DNA from: a virus
IMG/VR virus record: IMGVR_UViG_3300035105_000276
Location: 1 to 64,000 of that record
Reading direction: 5' to 3' (one strand)
Length of the DNA stretch: 64,000 nucleotides
This document shows, in pieces, positions 1 through 10,970 of the stretch. The notes under the pieces were generated by a model. That model was not told the DNA's origin. It did no database searches and saw nothing but the letters and a program-made list of their open reading frames with translations. Position 1 is the stretch's first letter, and every line of letters begins with the position of its first letter. Position numbers and translations under genes: made by a program.

Positions 1-1
1 T

Positions 2-1678
2 TTGGGGTCCAGGCAGGATGTAAAATACCTGCTGCTATTTGATGGGGAGGTCACTTCATATTCATACCAGTCTTCTGGGGTCAGCAAGTTGATCACAGTG
101 ACGGCAGAGGCAATTCCTGCTTTTTTCAAATATGTTCACATGAAACTGCTGTCCTCTTTAAATGAGATGGCCACAGCCCACAGTGCGGAAAATATTGGGA
201 CTGTCCAGGCCAATGCGAATATGGCTCATTTTCCGGCATCATTGTTTCTCAAAGGTATTGCTGATGAGAGCGGAGCTGATGCTCTGAGCTACCCGTACCA
301 GTTCCTGGAGAATGTCATAAATTTTCTGATGAAAGGGGACGGGGATGTACCGGATTCCCCGATGATTCAGTACTACGGGGATTATTGCAGAAAAATCAAC
401 ATGGAGAACAGGTACGCGAAAGTTCCTCATTTTGACACAGCTACTGCTGCAAAAGACTGGGACGGGGCATTTCCTATTTTAAAAGGGCTCCAGCGGGGGC
501 AGATGTTCAAAATGTACATGGAGATGACCACCGCGGGTCCGTCCCAGGAATCCATATACTCTTTGATCAATTACGTTGTGGCATCTCTGGAGTACGAATG
601 GGCTTTTTTTACATCTCCAGCGTATGTGAATGGCACGACAATGGTGTCCACCTGCCTTAAACCAATGATGTACGAGGCCCTGCCGCCTGCATGTAACATC
701 ATGTTCAAATCTTTGACATCTTCTTTGAATATACAGGAAAATGTGATGGAACCACCCACCCGGGTTCTGCTGCGAGATGCAGACTCTGCCTATGCATTGC
801 AGATTTTAAAGAACACTGGCAATGCAGGTGGGCTTGCTGCTGCCATGCTGTATTCATTCTGGCCCACGGACTCTCGTACTGATTCAGCAAAGGGTACTGG
901 TAAAAACCTGCTGAATGCCACCCTGCTGGATGGTGATCCGGATAAGCATCTGTCCGAACTGTTCTGTGGCCCCAGAATTTATGAGACTACGGCTCCGCCA
1001 TGGATGTCCTACCTGGGCGAAAATGCAGATAACGGGGCAGTCGGATCTGTTCTTGAAAGTATATTAAAACACATCTTTTACATGAAACAGTACGAGCAGC
1101 GGCGAATGGATGTCACAGGTGTGTTCAATCCCTATGTGACTCAAGGGTTTCCAGGGGTGGTGTTTGACACGGACGGGGCCAGTGCATCTTCATATGTCGG
1201 GTTCATCGGGCATGTGCTCACGGTGAATCATTCATTGTCCAAGGACAGGGCATCCACAACGGTCAGCCTGGGATTTGCCAGAACTCTACAGGAAGACAGG
1301 GATAATCCTATTCCAGCCACTCTGCCTGAAATTTCCACCAACATCACACGTAATGCAACCAATGTGCAGCAGATTTATACCGCGCTGCTCGATACTAAAA
1401 CCCCTGCTGTGGACATTGCCACTTTATGTTCCGAGTACGAAGGGGTGCAAGTTTCTTCGGATAACCCGCAGAATAACCCCACCAAAGCGTTCCAGTACAT
1501 ACAGCGAGGTATTATGGGTATGTCCGAGTATGCGGATTTCATGCCTGGTGTGTCTCTTGGTGAGGACGTTTTAAGCGGGGAGTATTTGTCTTCCAGGTGG
1601 GACGAAACGCTGGTTGCCAATTTAACAACGGCTGCGAACTCCAAAGCTCACAAGTCTATTTTTAAAACATCCACTTAA
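2..1678 (+). CDS. Partial tail/baseplate hub-like structural protein (5' truncated by window)
   Basis: 558-aa open frame at the start of the baseplate cluster; the C-terminal 'VLTVNHSLSKDRASTTVSL' resembles late-control/hub C-termini. Confidence 0.4.
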   Translation: MGSRQDVKYLLLFDGEVTSYSYQSSGVSKLITVTAEAIPAFFKYVHMKLLSSLNEMATAHSAENIGTVQANANMAHFPASLFLKGIADESGADALSYPYQFLENVINFLMKGDGDVPDSPMIQYYGDYCRKINMENRYAKVPHFDTATAAKDWDGAFPILKGLQRGQMFKMYMEMTTAGPSQESIYSLINYVVASLEYEWAFFTSPAYVNGTTMVSTCLKPMMYEALPPACNIMFKSLTSSLNIQENVMEPPTRVLLRDADSAYALQILKNTGNAGGLAAAMLYSFWPTDSRTDSAKGTGKNLLNATLLDGDPDKHLSELFCGPRIYETTAPPWMSYLGENADNGAVGSVLESILKHIFYMKQYEQRRMDVTGVFNPYVTQGFPGVVFDTDGASASSYVGFIGHVLTVNHSLSKDRASTTVSLGFARTLQEDRDNPIPATLPEISTNITRNATNVQQIYTALLDTKTPAVDIATLCSEYEGVQVSSDNPQNNPTKAFQYIQRGIMGMSEYADFMPGVSLGEDVLSGEYLSSRWDETLVANLTTAANSKAHKSIFKTST

Positions 1679-1711
1679 TAATCCATGCCAGGGGGCCCAT
1701 TATTTAACAAT
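1673..1711 (+). promoter_or_regulatory. Putative phage late promoter, copy 1 (ACTTAATA-N16-CCATTATTTAACA)
   Basis: Same bipartite motif and 16-nt spacing as 10893, 20381 and 40441; directly upstream of ORF 1735. Confidence 0.6.
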
Positions 1712-1734
1712 GAGACTTAATTTTAACGGGACTG

Positions 1735-2451
1735 GTGACAGTGGATATTACCAAACAAAAAGATAGACTTCTGTGGAACAAATACCAGGCATCAAAAAGC
1801 CCGTTTGATAGGGATCAGCTCTTAAAACACCTGGAGCCCCTGATTCAGAAACAGGTCAATAAATGGTCCGGGAACATTCCCCAGAATACTCTTTTGACCC
1901 AGGCTCGGATGCTGGCGGCAAAAGCGCTGGACTCTTACGATCCTGACCGGGGAACGGCACTGTCCACCCATGTGGTCAACCACCTGGCACCTTTGAGCCG
2001 TACTGTTTATACCTACCAGAATGTCGGCCGGATCCCCGAGAACATCACACTCAGACTGAGTTCCTTCAACGCCGCCAAAGATCATTTAACCACCACTCTG
2101 GGCAGAGATCCCACTACTGATGAGCTGCACCAGGAGCTGGGATGGGATGTCAATGAGCTGAACCGGGTTCAGAATTATGTGCGTAAAGACCTTGTGGAAT
2201 CTGTCGGAGGGTTGAATGATGCTTTTTACGGTGGCAACACATCCACTGAAGATGACATTCTGGCTTCTTTGTTCTTTTCTCTGACACCTCAGGAAAAAAC
2301 GCTGTTTGAGCATACCACCGGGTACAATGGGAAGCCGATCCTGTCAAATCCGGAGCTGGTGAAAGTCACCGGGCTGTCCCAGGCCCAGCTGTCGTACCAG
2401 AAAACGCTGCTCAAAAATAAGATTAAACAACTGCAGACCAGGAAACGGTAG
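1735..2451 (+). CDS. Phage sigma-70-family sigma factor (SigF/FliA-like)
   Basis: Region 2 'KALDSYDPDRGTALSTHVVNHL', region 3 'LGRDPTTDELHQELGW', region-4-like 'LTPQEKTLF'. Confidence 0.8.
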   Translation: MTVDITKQKDRLLWNKYQASKSPFDRDQLLKHLEPLIQKQVNKWSGNIPQNTLLTQARMLAAKALDSYDPDRGTALSTHVVNHLAPLSRTVYTYQNVGRIPENITLRLSSFNAAKDHLTTTLGRDPTTDELHQELGWDVNELNRVQNYVRKDLVESVGGLNDAFYGGNTSTEDDILASLFFSLTPQEKTLFEHTTGYNGKPILSNPELVKVTGLSQAQLSYQKTLLKNKIKQLQTRKR

Positions 2452-2456
2452 TAGGT

Positions 2457-3686
2457 ATGTCGGACACGGAAGAAATTATAGCTGCATTTACGGAGACTTT
2501 GACTACGGAGTTCTCTGATTTGGCAGAAGAAACTCTGAACGAGGTAGTGGGTTCTTTCGAATCTTTTGTCGGGGTTATGGCTGTAGGGGAGTCCATGAAA
2601 CCCTTGATATATGACATTGAGAATACCACGGGCAGTTTTGATTCTTCCATGGAAACAGTCAGTGGGTTCATGAATGACTTCAATGCGTCTGCTTCTGGCT
2701 TCTATGGTAACCTTGATACCCTTTTAAGTGATTATGGTGAGACCTCGGTATCTTTGCTGCTTCCTTCTGTAGAATCTGCTTTAACCACTTTTTCCACCGG
2801 GCTGGACATTATGGAGAATGTGGAATCTGCTATCATCGGGGCGCTTCCATTGGGGGATGCGGCAATAGGGGATATCGGGAACATTGTCTCTTCAGAGATA
2901 GCTCTGAGCATTAATGTGCTGTCTGGTACTTTAGGGTCTGCCCAGAGCGCGGCCATGGCCGGGGCTATAAACTATGCCCTGGATTTGATGGGGTCCGGGA
3001 ATATTTTTAAAGAGGTACTAAGCCTTACGAGAAAATTCACAGAAGGTGACATCTTGAGTATTCTACCTATCAGTATCCCTACTATCAGGGACCTTCAGAC
3101 TTTAGCCACTGATCTGCTGTCTGGGTTTACAGGGGCGCTGGATGCTACTTTAGCTGAGGCCCTGGCACTGCTGCCAATGAACTATATCAATGCTGTCTTT
3201 CGTATGCTTAGTGCAGCCGGGGATCTTTTAAGTATAGACGGCCTGACAGCCATGCTGGACTCTCTGCTGGACTATATTACGGATTTCATCCCCAAAGTGG
3301 TTGTCGAGTTGGTGGAAGATTCTATAGAGGGCACCACGGCTGTGGCTTTTGCAGCACTGTCTTCTTTCACAAAGGATCTTTCCCGGGTGTATTCTTCCGG
3401 GGTATCTGATGGCAGTCTTTTAAGCACCCCACCCATTGAGGATATCTCTAACCTGCTGGTGGCGGCATCAGACCCCAATGTGTTGAGATCCACTGCAGCT
3501 ATTGTGGCTGTCTACGACACCATAGAGACCTTAACGGCGATAAATCGGTCCCATTATATCACGGAAGAATCCAGAGAAACTCTGCTGGCTGAAGCCACTC
3601 TGGAAGCGGAAGAGTGGGAGGCTGCAAATAATGATTATGAATCCAATATGATTCGGTTGATGACTGATGGACTTGCCACTGTATAA
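2457..3686 (+). CDS. Acidic hypothetical protein, probably structural
   Basis: 409-aa ORF tightly packed in the baseplate operon. Confidence 0.6.
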   Translation: MSDTEEIIAAFTETLTTEFSDLAEETLNEVVGSFESFVGVMAVGESMKPLIYDIENTTGSFDSSMETVSGFMNDFNASASGFYGNLDTLLSDYGETSVSLLLPSVESALTTFSTGLDIMENVESAIIGALPLGDAAIGDIGNIVSSEIALSINVLSGTLGSAQSAAMAGAINYALDLMGSGNIFKEVLSLTRKFTEGDILSILPISIPTIRDLQTLATDLLSGFTGALDATLAEALALLPMNYINAVFRMLSAAGDLLSIDGLTAMLDSLLDYITDFIPKVVVELVEDSIEGTTAVAFAALSSFTKDLSRVYSSGVSDGSLLSTPPIEDISNLLVAASDPNVLRSTAAIVAVYDTIETLTAINRSHYITEESRETLLAEATLEAEEWEAANNDYESNMIRLMTDGLATV

Positions 3687-4110
3687 CATAGACCCGATAA
3701 TGGGGCAGTTCTCCCTGGTATCGGATCAGATGCTTGAATCCACTTTGAGCATGACCCCTGCCACCGGGTCCGGGGTCCTGGCCAATAAAGTGGTCAAGTT
3801 CCTTTTGACCAGCAAAGGTAGCGACGCTCTGGACCCTGAGTACGGGTGCTACCTGGTTAATTTTTCCCAGGTTTCCGGGAATCAGATACCCCGGCTGCAG
3901 ATGGAAATACTGGATGGGATTTCGGCATGTACAAAATACATCAAAGCCTCTGAGGATGCAAAAGCACCCCCGGAAGAAAGGCTGAAAAAAATAACGTTGG
4001 AGGACCTGAAGTACGGGGCACCTCTGGCAAAAGACTGTGTGCACATCTATCTGAAAATAACCACAATGGCAGGAACTCAGGCACTGCTTGAATTCCCACT
4101 TAATAAGTAG
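3667..4110 (+). CDS. Baseplate wedge protein, gp25/GPW-like
   Basis: 'KFLLTSKGSDALDPEYGC' matches the gp25 'LxTxxGERxxxPxYG' pattern; precedes baseplate J. Confidence 0.7.
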   Translation: MDLPLYNIDPIMGQFSLVSDQMLESTLSMTPATGSGVLANKVVKFLLTSKGSDALDPEYGCYLVNFSQVSGNQIPRLQMEILDGISACTKYIKASEDAKAPPEERLKKITLEDLKYGAPLAKDCVHIYLKITTMAGTQALLEFPLNK

Positions 4111-4115
4111 GCATT

Positions 4116-5630
4116 ATGACCGAGATAAGCATAAGCGCGGAACAACTGGCATCTGCCAGGAATTTTCTGGTCCAGTTTTTAAGAGACTCGGGGTATGAGG
4201 GTTCCGTTGACGATGGGACGGCCATTCATGACATGGTGATAAAACCGATGTCTTTGCTGATGACGGTTTTAAAAGATCCTGCTGAGAAGGCCAGAGCATA
4301 CTTGAGTGTGAAAGAGGCCCAGGCCATGAAAAGCCAGCTGGGGGCTGAGTACGATGATGTGATTGACTCCATTCTGAGCAACTGGTTTGTGTCTCGCAGA
4401 GAGGGTATCCGCCCGTCTATTCACGTCACTTTGTATTTTTCCAAAGCACCCATGGTGCTGCGGCTGGATACTGTTTCCACAATTGCCCAGGCCCAGGGGA
4501 TGGATTTTAAAGTCACCCAGCCGATCACCCGGGTGGAGACAGATTTTGTAGCTCATGTGAATCCTTTGGGCGGAACTACCAGGTATTCCACGGAAGTGTT
4601 TTTAACGGCCACGCTGCCGGGGGTACTGACCCAGGATGTGATCACCAGCCCCCCGACATTTAAAGTGGCGCACAAGAATTTCATTTATGGCGAGGTGAAA
4701 GGGGTTGTGGAGCACGGAACTTCCAAAGAGGATTCGGAAGAATTTATCCAGAGAACCCAGCAGAGCATCACTACCAGGGAGTTGATCTCTGACCGGGCGA
4801 TTAAAACCGTGCTTCAGGATTCAGTGTCTTCCGTCAGGGATGTGTTTGTCGCAGGGCATGGGGCCCCTGAGCAGATTAGGGATCTCCATACATTCAGCGG
4901 GGTGACGCTTCATACGGGTAACAAGTCAGACATCTACGTTAAAACTTTTATCGACCGTGTGACCCAGAACAAACTGGTGCAGGTTGGCAGTCTGGTGGAT
5001 ATGACAGGTTCGGGTATCTTAAGGGTGTATTCTGTAAAAGATACCCTGGGTAGCACTCTTGCTTTTACGGTGACTGGATCTTCAGAATCCCAGGTAAACA
5101 GTTTTGAATGCCCATGGATTCTAAGTATTCCAGGGGCCTCAGAGGGTGACATTGTCGTGGTGGAATTCACACGGGCATCTCCTTTGGCTCTGGCGGATGC
5201 GTACCTGCACAGGCAGGACAATCGTGTAGGATGTTTTGACCCCCTGGTCAAAGAGATGTACCCTATCCATGTACACTGTGATTTGAATGTCAGATTTTCG
5301 TATTCAGGGGTATTGGATAAAGGGGTGGATGCACTTATACTGGAGGTCAGAGACGCTGCCATATCTTATATTAACAGCCTGGGCTCGGCAGATATCTTCA
5401 GGGTGTCCTCGTTTATATCCAATCTGCATACCCAGGTCCCGGAGCTCGACCAGGTGGAGACCCCTGTTTCCTGTGCATATGAGATACTCGATCCCCAGGA
5501 CATGACTGTAAAATCCGCAGCTATCTCCTCCCGGTTTACTATGCCGACAACTTTATCAGCTCAGGTGACGGACAACACCACGCAGTACTATACAGATGTT
5601 CATTCAATCAATGTGGTTCATGCCGGGTAG
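4116..5630 (+). CDS. Baseplate J-like wedge protein
   Basis: 'GTSKEDSEEFIQR' (GxDxEsdeelrxR-like), size and position after the gp25-like gene. Confidence 0.7.
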   Translation: MTEISISAEQLASARNFLVQFLRDSGYEGSVDDGTAIHDMVIKPMSLLMTVLKDPAEKARAYLSVKEAQAMKSQLGAEYDDVIDSILSNWFVSRREGIRPSIHVTLYFSKAPMVLRLDTVSTIAQAQGMDFKVTQPITRVETDFVAHVNPLGGTTRYSTEVFLTATLPGVLTQDVITSPPTFKVAHKNFIYGEVKGVVEHGTSKEDSEEFIQRTQQSITTRELISDRAIKTVLQDSVSSVRDVFVAGHGAPEQIRDLHTFSGVTLHTGNKSDIYVKTFIDRVTQNKLVQVGSLVDMTGSGILRVYSVKDTLGSTLAFTVTGSSESQVNSFECPWILSIPGASEGDIVVVEFTRASPLALADAYLHRQDNRVGCFDPLVKEMYPIHVHCDLNVRFSYSGVLDKGVDALILEVRDAAISYINSLGSADIFRVSSFISNLHTQVPELDQVETPVSCAYEILDPQDMTVKSAAISSRFTMPTTLSAQVTDNTTQYYTDVHSINVVHAG

Positions 5631-5639
5631 AAGAGATAT

Positions 5640-7838
5640 ATGTATATGGCCATCAGCTTTAAATCAGAATATCAGTTCCCAGAATATCTGGCGGAAGGCA
5701 TCAATGCTGAACTTATAGATATATATGATAATGCATATGTGGGCAGGACTGTTCTAAGCATTCTGGGTAGCTACTGGGGGGATTATTACAAGGATTTGGA
5801 CTCTCTGCATGCCCTGGCGGGGGCTGTCACTCCCATGGTGGGAGAACAGTTCCAGACCGTTTTGCACCAGGTACTGTCGTCCAGCATCACAGATATCCCT
5901 GTCAATTATACAAAACGGTACGAGCTGTTTGCTTTCAATTCCCAGGATGCGCTGTTCATCTATTCGGATGAAGCGGAAGAGGACCTGGCATACATAGAAT
6001 TTGATTACCCCGGATTGGAGGGCATTCAGTACCTTAGCAGCGGTTTATTCAACTCTACGGTGATACTGGATTCTGGTAATTATTTTTCTGTTGAAGATGG
6101 GAAGTTACGATTTTACGTCAACATATTCGAAGACACTGCCATACGGGACGGGTCGTATGTGTTTGAGACCTTTGACGGGGCCGGCACCCAGGTTCAGGTT
6201 GCTTTATTCTGGGCATCAACCATCACGGTTACTCAAACTTACCTGTACGACCGGTTTGGCCGGTACCTGTATCATAAAGAGAACAACTCTGAGAGTTACA
6301 AGGCCGTACTCACAGCCCTTCAGTTTTTTTACACCACTACTAAGTCGGTTCATAATCTGGAGAATGTGCTCAATATTCTTTTTCAGATGCCGTTTTCCAA
6401 AAATTTCGGGGAAGTGGTAGAGAGCATAGACTCATTTGATGCTCAGGGCAACTCTGTCTCAGGGGTGCTGGATTACAATGCCAATGCTACGGCGGACACA
6501 GCCGAGGACATGGAAGGGCTGGGGTGGTACCTCCGGGTAGAAACAACCCATGCTACTTACTTTGTTCCGATGTTTTCTGAACTGCTGGTATCACCCGGGG
6601 ATACCCTGGAAAAGTACCAGCTTATCAGCCGGGTTCACCGGGTGAAAGATTATGTAACCGATCCTGATTGGTATGCAGACTCACGGTTTCCGTTTGAACT
6701 TGTGGAGTATATGGACGATTATTCGGTGATCGAGACGCCCCCTGAGTTTGAGATGTACCGTCCTCAGCAGTTTGACGGGGATGCCATGTACGATGGGGGT
6801 TACCTGCATACAGGCGAATTTGCTACGTATGGCGGGATTAATCCGTTCATGGGTACCCGCAGTAAAGAAGACGGCTCCGAGTTTGAACAGTTTTTGTACG
6901 GGTTGATGGATTCTGTTTTGAAATTCAATTTGCTGTACCTGCAGACAAATCTGAATTATGAAAACATCGATTACTACAAGGATAATAAAATATCTGATGC
7001 GTACCAGGCTATTGCGTCAGGGGTACCCACGTATCTGTACCCTGTAATGGAAACAGCATTTCATTCGGACCTGATTGACCGATGGGACTCTTTAGATGAT
7101 GAAGAATTGTCCACGGTAACTCAGGAGCTGGAGGCGGACTATTATGTGGTATGCCCTCAGGGGTCTTACGATGGAAGCATCGCTTTTTCAAATCCTTTGC
7201 ACTATATCTATTCAGGGGATTTCACCTATGATGGTGCCACCCGGATGTACCCCTATGGTGGGCCTGACGGGGCGTTTTATGACTGTCAGGTGGAAGATTT
7301 TAATAATACTGTGCAGATGTTGGGTGCAGAAGATTTTATTCATGTGCTGGGCATTGACCCGGATGTGGAGCCCACCTATGCCAGAGAAGAGTTTTTCCAG
7401 ACCCATGACGGGACTCAGAGCTACTCCGGAGACGCTCCCTTCTGGACTCTGACCGAAGGGTTTGAAACTGCTTTGGCTGCCGGGGTATTGGAGTTTGAAG
7501 AGACAGTTGATTCTCCAACAGATCCGGCTGTAGCAGGGGGGGTTCTGGCATTTGAGGACTCCATCGGAGGGTACAGCGGAGAAGTTGGATTCAACAATGT
7601 TACTCCTTTGCTGTATGGGGCTGATTTTACGGTGTATGAGCAGTACACGGGGGCCGCTTTTTACGATGGTACCCAGGGGATGGATCTGGAGATTATCCAA
7701 TCAGGGGCTGTTCGGTTCGACGGAGTTCGAAGCTATAACGCAACCAAGTCTGTTCAATACACCTATGGCAGTAGCCTGCCCAAGATTTTGAATATTAGAG
7801 ATGAATTCGAAGTAAATTTCACATATGCACACAATTAA
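5640..7838 (+). CDS. Baseplate/tail wedge protein with (Y/F)DG repeats
   Basis: Repeated FDG/YDG motifs (FDGDAMYDG, YDGSIAF, YDGATR, FDGVRSYN); lies between baseplate J and the fibres. Confidence 0.55.
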   Translation: MYMAISFKSEYQFPEYLAEGINAELIDIYDNAYVGRTVLSILGSYWGDYYKDLDSLHALAGAVTPMVGEQFQTVLHQVLSSSITDIPVNYTKRYELFAFNSQDALFIYSDEAEEDLAYIEFDYPGLEGIQYLSSGLFNSTVILDSGNYFSVEDGKLRFYVNIFEDTAIRDGSYVFETFDGAGTQVQVALFWASTITVTQTYLYDRFGRYLYHKENNSESYKAVLTALQFFYTTTKSVHNLENVLNILFQMPFSKNFGEVVESIDSFDAQGNSVSGVLDYNANATADTAEDMEGLGWYLRVETTHATYFVPMFSELLVSPGDTLEKYQLISRVHRVKDYVTDPDWYADSRFPFELVEYMDDYSVIETPPEFEMYRPQQFDGDAMYDGGYLHTGEFATYGGINPFMGTRSKEDGSEFEQFLYGLMDSVLKFNLLYLQTNLNYENIDYYKDNKISDAYQAIASGVPTYLYPVMETAFHSDLIDRWDSLDDEELSTVTQELEADYYVVCPQGSYDGSIAFSNPLHYIYSGDFTYDGATRMYPYGGPDGAFYDCQVEDFNNTVQMLGAEDFIHVLGIDPDVEPTYAREEFFQTHDGTQSYSGDAPFWTLTEGFETALAAGVLEFEETVDSPTDPAVAGGVLAFEDSIGGYSGEVGFNNVTPLLYGADFTVYEQYTGAAFYDGTQGMDLEIIQSGAVRFDGVRSYNATKSVQYTYGSSLPKILNIRDEFEVNFTYAHN

Positions 7839-7879
7839 TTAATTGACAGACATAAAAATAAAAGGATCGAATTTTTAAC

Positions 7880-10822
7880 ATGGCAAATTTAACTGAGACT
7901 TCCACATACGAAGCGGGTATATACCAGATAGAGCTCACCGACCCTATCCAGGGCGGAGCGGATGGTATTTCCAATTTACAGGCTCGGCAGCTGGCCAACA
8001 GAACAAGATTTCTCCGGGACCGGTTTCAGATGGGCCATAACGAGGATGGCTCTCACAAGTTGGCGAACCTGAAGGCAGATCTGGCCAACGGGATAACCAA
8101 CAGTGAGATTTCACCCACGGCCGGCATTGCTGAATCCAAGGTGAATCTGATTTTCCGAGGTACGGAACGTCCCGGGGGTCAGGGGTTGTATTCAAATACC
8201 AGAGAAATTGCGGATGATATCCTGTGGCTGTCTTCCATGAACTCCCTGGGAGATCTTTTGCTGAGTAAAACCACCCTGGAAATAGCCAGGGACTTGTGCT
8301 ACCAGTTTTATCCGTCAAGTGGTACCCTATACTCAGGGGCTACGGCCCTTGATGGGCACACTGCTTTGCATGATGGAGAGGTCGGAGGTGGCATATTCAC
8401 CATTGACACGCCGGATGAGTCCATGGTGAATAAGGTGAAGTTGGCTGGTATTATTCAGTTTCTGATCGACGGGTACACCATTCCGATCCAGGCACCGGTG
8501 ACTGTGGACCTGCCGGCAGCAGATGATTTTTACTCTGAAACTCCCAGAACTGATTTGATGTATATCAGAATTCACCACGAAAATGTGACTGGATCCAATC
8601 AGTTTTATCCCAACGCGAATCGGTCGGGGACGGCTGTGGACTGGATCGGCATGACTGAGCTGCAGCAGAAAGAAGCAGCAGTGGATGTCACCAATAATCT
8701 GTACACCGGTGCTGATTACAATGTGTACCAGATTCAGTATGAAATTCTGGTGGCTGAAGGGGCGTCCAGCCTGACGGACATCGGGTACGAGCAGACGGTG
8801 ATTGACTCTTACCTGTACGAGCAGGGTGATTACAAGGCCATTATGCTGTGTACCATTGCCCGACGGAATATGGGGGCCTTTCACTCTGTGTTCAACACTG
8901 AGGGCACAGCTGCTTTTTATGGAGACAGTGTTGCTTTGGAGGAAAATGAGATCACGCACTCGGCACCCTCTTATAACATTACAGCTGTGACCACGGCATC
9001 AGACTCTTTTACCATTGCCGGGGATTATGCATCCTCTTTTACAGAAGGCACTCGGTTCAATGTGACCGGGGCTGTCTCCGGGGAGAATGATAACTCCAGG
9101 GATTACCAGGTGGCTACAAATGCTACGTTTGACGGTACCAACACGATTATAGTGGTAACGCGGTCTCTGGAGGCAGATACAGGGGCCAACGGGCAGATTC
9201 ATCTTGGCTGGCCGGCTGCCCCGTTCTATGACATTCAGTCCACGGACACCACAGGGCAGGCCTTTACCGTAACCGGGGACCATATGGATGAGTTTCCTGT
9301 CGGGTACAGCATTGAAGTTTTGGGCACCGGTACCAACAACGGAGATTATGGAGTAACCGGGGCTGAGCTTGATGGAAATGGAAACACTGTAATTACCGTA
9401 GACTCTGCCATTGATAACACAGGTAATACCGGTAAGCTTCATTCACTAACCTGGTTTCATATTGCGTACTGTTTTACGAGAAGATCCGTTGGACTGGATG
9501 GGAATTTGTCTGGGTCCGTGCTGTCTGGTGTTGCCGTGGGTACTTCGGATTCTACTTTGGATGAAATGGACAATGCCCATGACCATGTGCGCAGTGACGA
9601 TCTTACGGAATCCCGGATTTTTCTGAGCACGGCTGAACGTACCACAGACCCCTTGCTTACATTGAGTGCTCCTGTGATCGCATCAATGGTATCCTCAGTC
9701 TACGAACTGGACACTGTGTCTTTGACGATTTCTCCATATAGTGCTGCATACACGTATACCATTCGGGCAGTGGATACAGCCACGGGGTTGAGTGTGGGTA
9801 CGCTTACCCGGGATGGGGCTGACATCACATGGGTGCTGCCGGAAGTAACCTCGGATAAGATTATCCGGTTTTCCATTTCTGCGGAAGATCCTTCAGGTAA
9901 TATCTCCCCTGTGACCCGGTACAATGTGAATGTGCTGAATATTCCCATTGAAGGGGACGATGCTATTCTTACGATAAGCGGGGACTGGACGGATATCTCA
10001 GGTGCCACAGTGTCTTCCACCGGGGTGGCTTCTACGAGTGCCGGGGCATATGCATACTCTGATTATTTTGACCAGGGGGCTGGAGAAAATGCCTGGGTGA
10101 AATACCAGGCCCAGGTGGACAGAGAACTGTACAAGTGGGGAGTCGGGGCAGGCAGTACGGTCAGTTCTCTTGTACTTGAAGGAGACCATGAGCTGACTGA
10201 CAGCCAGTTGTACGCGGTTAAATATTCCGGAAGCACAGATGTTGTGGTCACAGATCTGGGAGTTACTGGAGTGTCTTGGGACGTCGTGGCCGGGGAAAAC
10301 ACACTGACCCTGGGAACTGCCCTGGGCGAAGTGCCTGAAATGGTATGGACCTGGGATATTACAGTCGCTGTAGCTATAGGTAACGATGGCGAAGCTCTGG
10401 TGCATGAAACAGAACTGACTCTGAATGCCGGTGAAACCACAACCACTCAGGTGGTGGGAGCCAGTGCAATTACAGGTCTGTGGGTGAACAACGGGTTCAA
10501 CGATACCGTTAAAATCACAGTGGACGGTACAGTAAAAACCGTGCCTGTGTTGGGGGTCAGTGAAGTGGCTGGGGTGTTTACCCTCCAGATTCCTGAGCAG
10601 ACACATGCACCCACCACCATGGTGAAACCTGATTGTTTCGAAGAACTGACAGGGCCTGATACTTTGGTTTACGATTCTACGAATGGAACTGTAAATGCTC
10701 AGTATCCCCAGGTGGTTACCATGGGTGGTGAGGCTCGCAGACTCAGATTGTACGCGGAGTTCACCACTTCCGGCGTTGAGTTGAAACCGGTGATGCTGGA
10801 TCTTTGGCGTACCATGAGCTAA
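7880..10822 (+). CDS. Tail fibre protein 1
   Basis: N-terminus 'MANLTETSTYEAGIYQIELTDPIQGGADGISNLQARQLANRTRFL' is typical of phage tail fibres; beta-rich T/G/D body. Confidence 0.8.
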   Translation: MANLTETSTYEAGIYQIELTDPIQGGADGISNLQARQLANRTRFLRDRFQMGHNEDGSHKLANLKADLANGITNSEISPTAGIAESKVNLIFRGTERPGGQGLYSNTREIADDILWLSSMNSLGDLLLSKTTLEIARDLCYQFYPSSGTLYSGATALDGHTALHDGEVGGGIFTIDTPDESMVNKVKLAGIIQFLIDGYTIPIQAPVTVDLPAADDFYSETPRTDLMYIRIHHENVTGSNQFYPNANRSGTAVDWIGMTELQQKEAAVDVTNNLYTGADYNVYQIQYEILVAEGASSLTDIGYEQTVIDSYLYEQGDYKAIMLCTIARRNMGAFHSVFNTEGTAAFYGDSVALEENEITHSAPSYNITAVTTASDSFTIAGDYASSFTEGTRFNVTGAVSGENDNSRDYQVATNATFDGTNTIIVVTRSLEADTGANGQIHLGWPAAPFYDIQSTDTTGQAFTVTGDHMDEFPVGYSIEVLGTGTNNGDYGVTGAELDGNGNTVITVDSAIDNTGNTGKLHSLTWFHIAYCFTRRSVGLDGNLSGSVLSGVAVGTSDSTLDEMDNAHDHVRSDDLTESRIFLSTAERTTDPLLTLSAPVIASMVSSVYELDTVSLTISPYSAAYTYTIRAVDTATGLSVGTLTRDGADITWVLPEVTSDKIIRFSISAEDPSGNISPVTRYNVNVLNIPIEGDDAILTISGDWTDISGATVSSTGVASTSAGAYAYSDYFDQGAGENAWVKYQAQVDRELYKWGVGAGSTVSSLVLEGDHELTDSQLYAVKYSGSTDVVVTDLGVTGVSWDVVAGENTLTLGTALGEVPEMVWTWDITVAVAIGNDGEALVHETELTLNAGETTTTQVVGASAITGLWVNNGFNDTVKITVDGTVKTVPVLGVSEVAGVFTLQIPEQTHAPTTMVKPDCFEELTGPDTLVYDSTNGTVNAQYPQVVTMGGEARRLRLYAEFTTSGVELKPVMLDLWRTMS

Positions 10823-10850
10823 GTTTTTTAAAAATAAATCATAATTTGTT

Positions 10851-10883
10851 AAGGCGGGTCCTGCTACGAGGCCCGCTTTTTTT
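10851..10883 (+). terminator. Rho-independent terminator
   Basis: aaggcgggtc-loop-ggcccgcttt followed by a T run. Confidence 0.8.
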
Positions 10884-10892
10884 ATTCTCTGT

Positions 10893-10931
10893 ACTTAATA
10901 TATCCCCCTCTTCCTACCATTCTTTTACAGA
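10893..10931 (+). promoter_or_regulatory. Putative phage late promoter, copy 2 (ACTTAATA-N16-CCATTCTTTTACAGA)
   Basis: Immediately after a terminator and before ORF 10971. Confidence 0.65.
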
Positions 10932-10970
10932 TTTAACGAATTTAACAACAATACCCGGAGATGTATCAAT

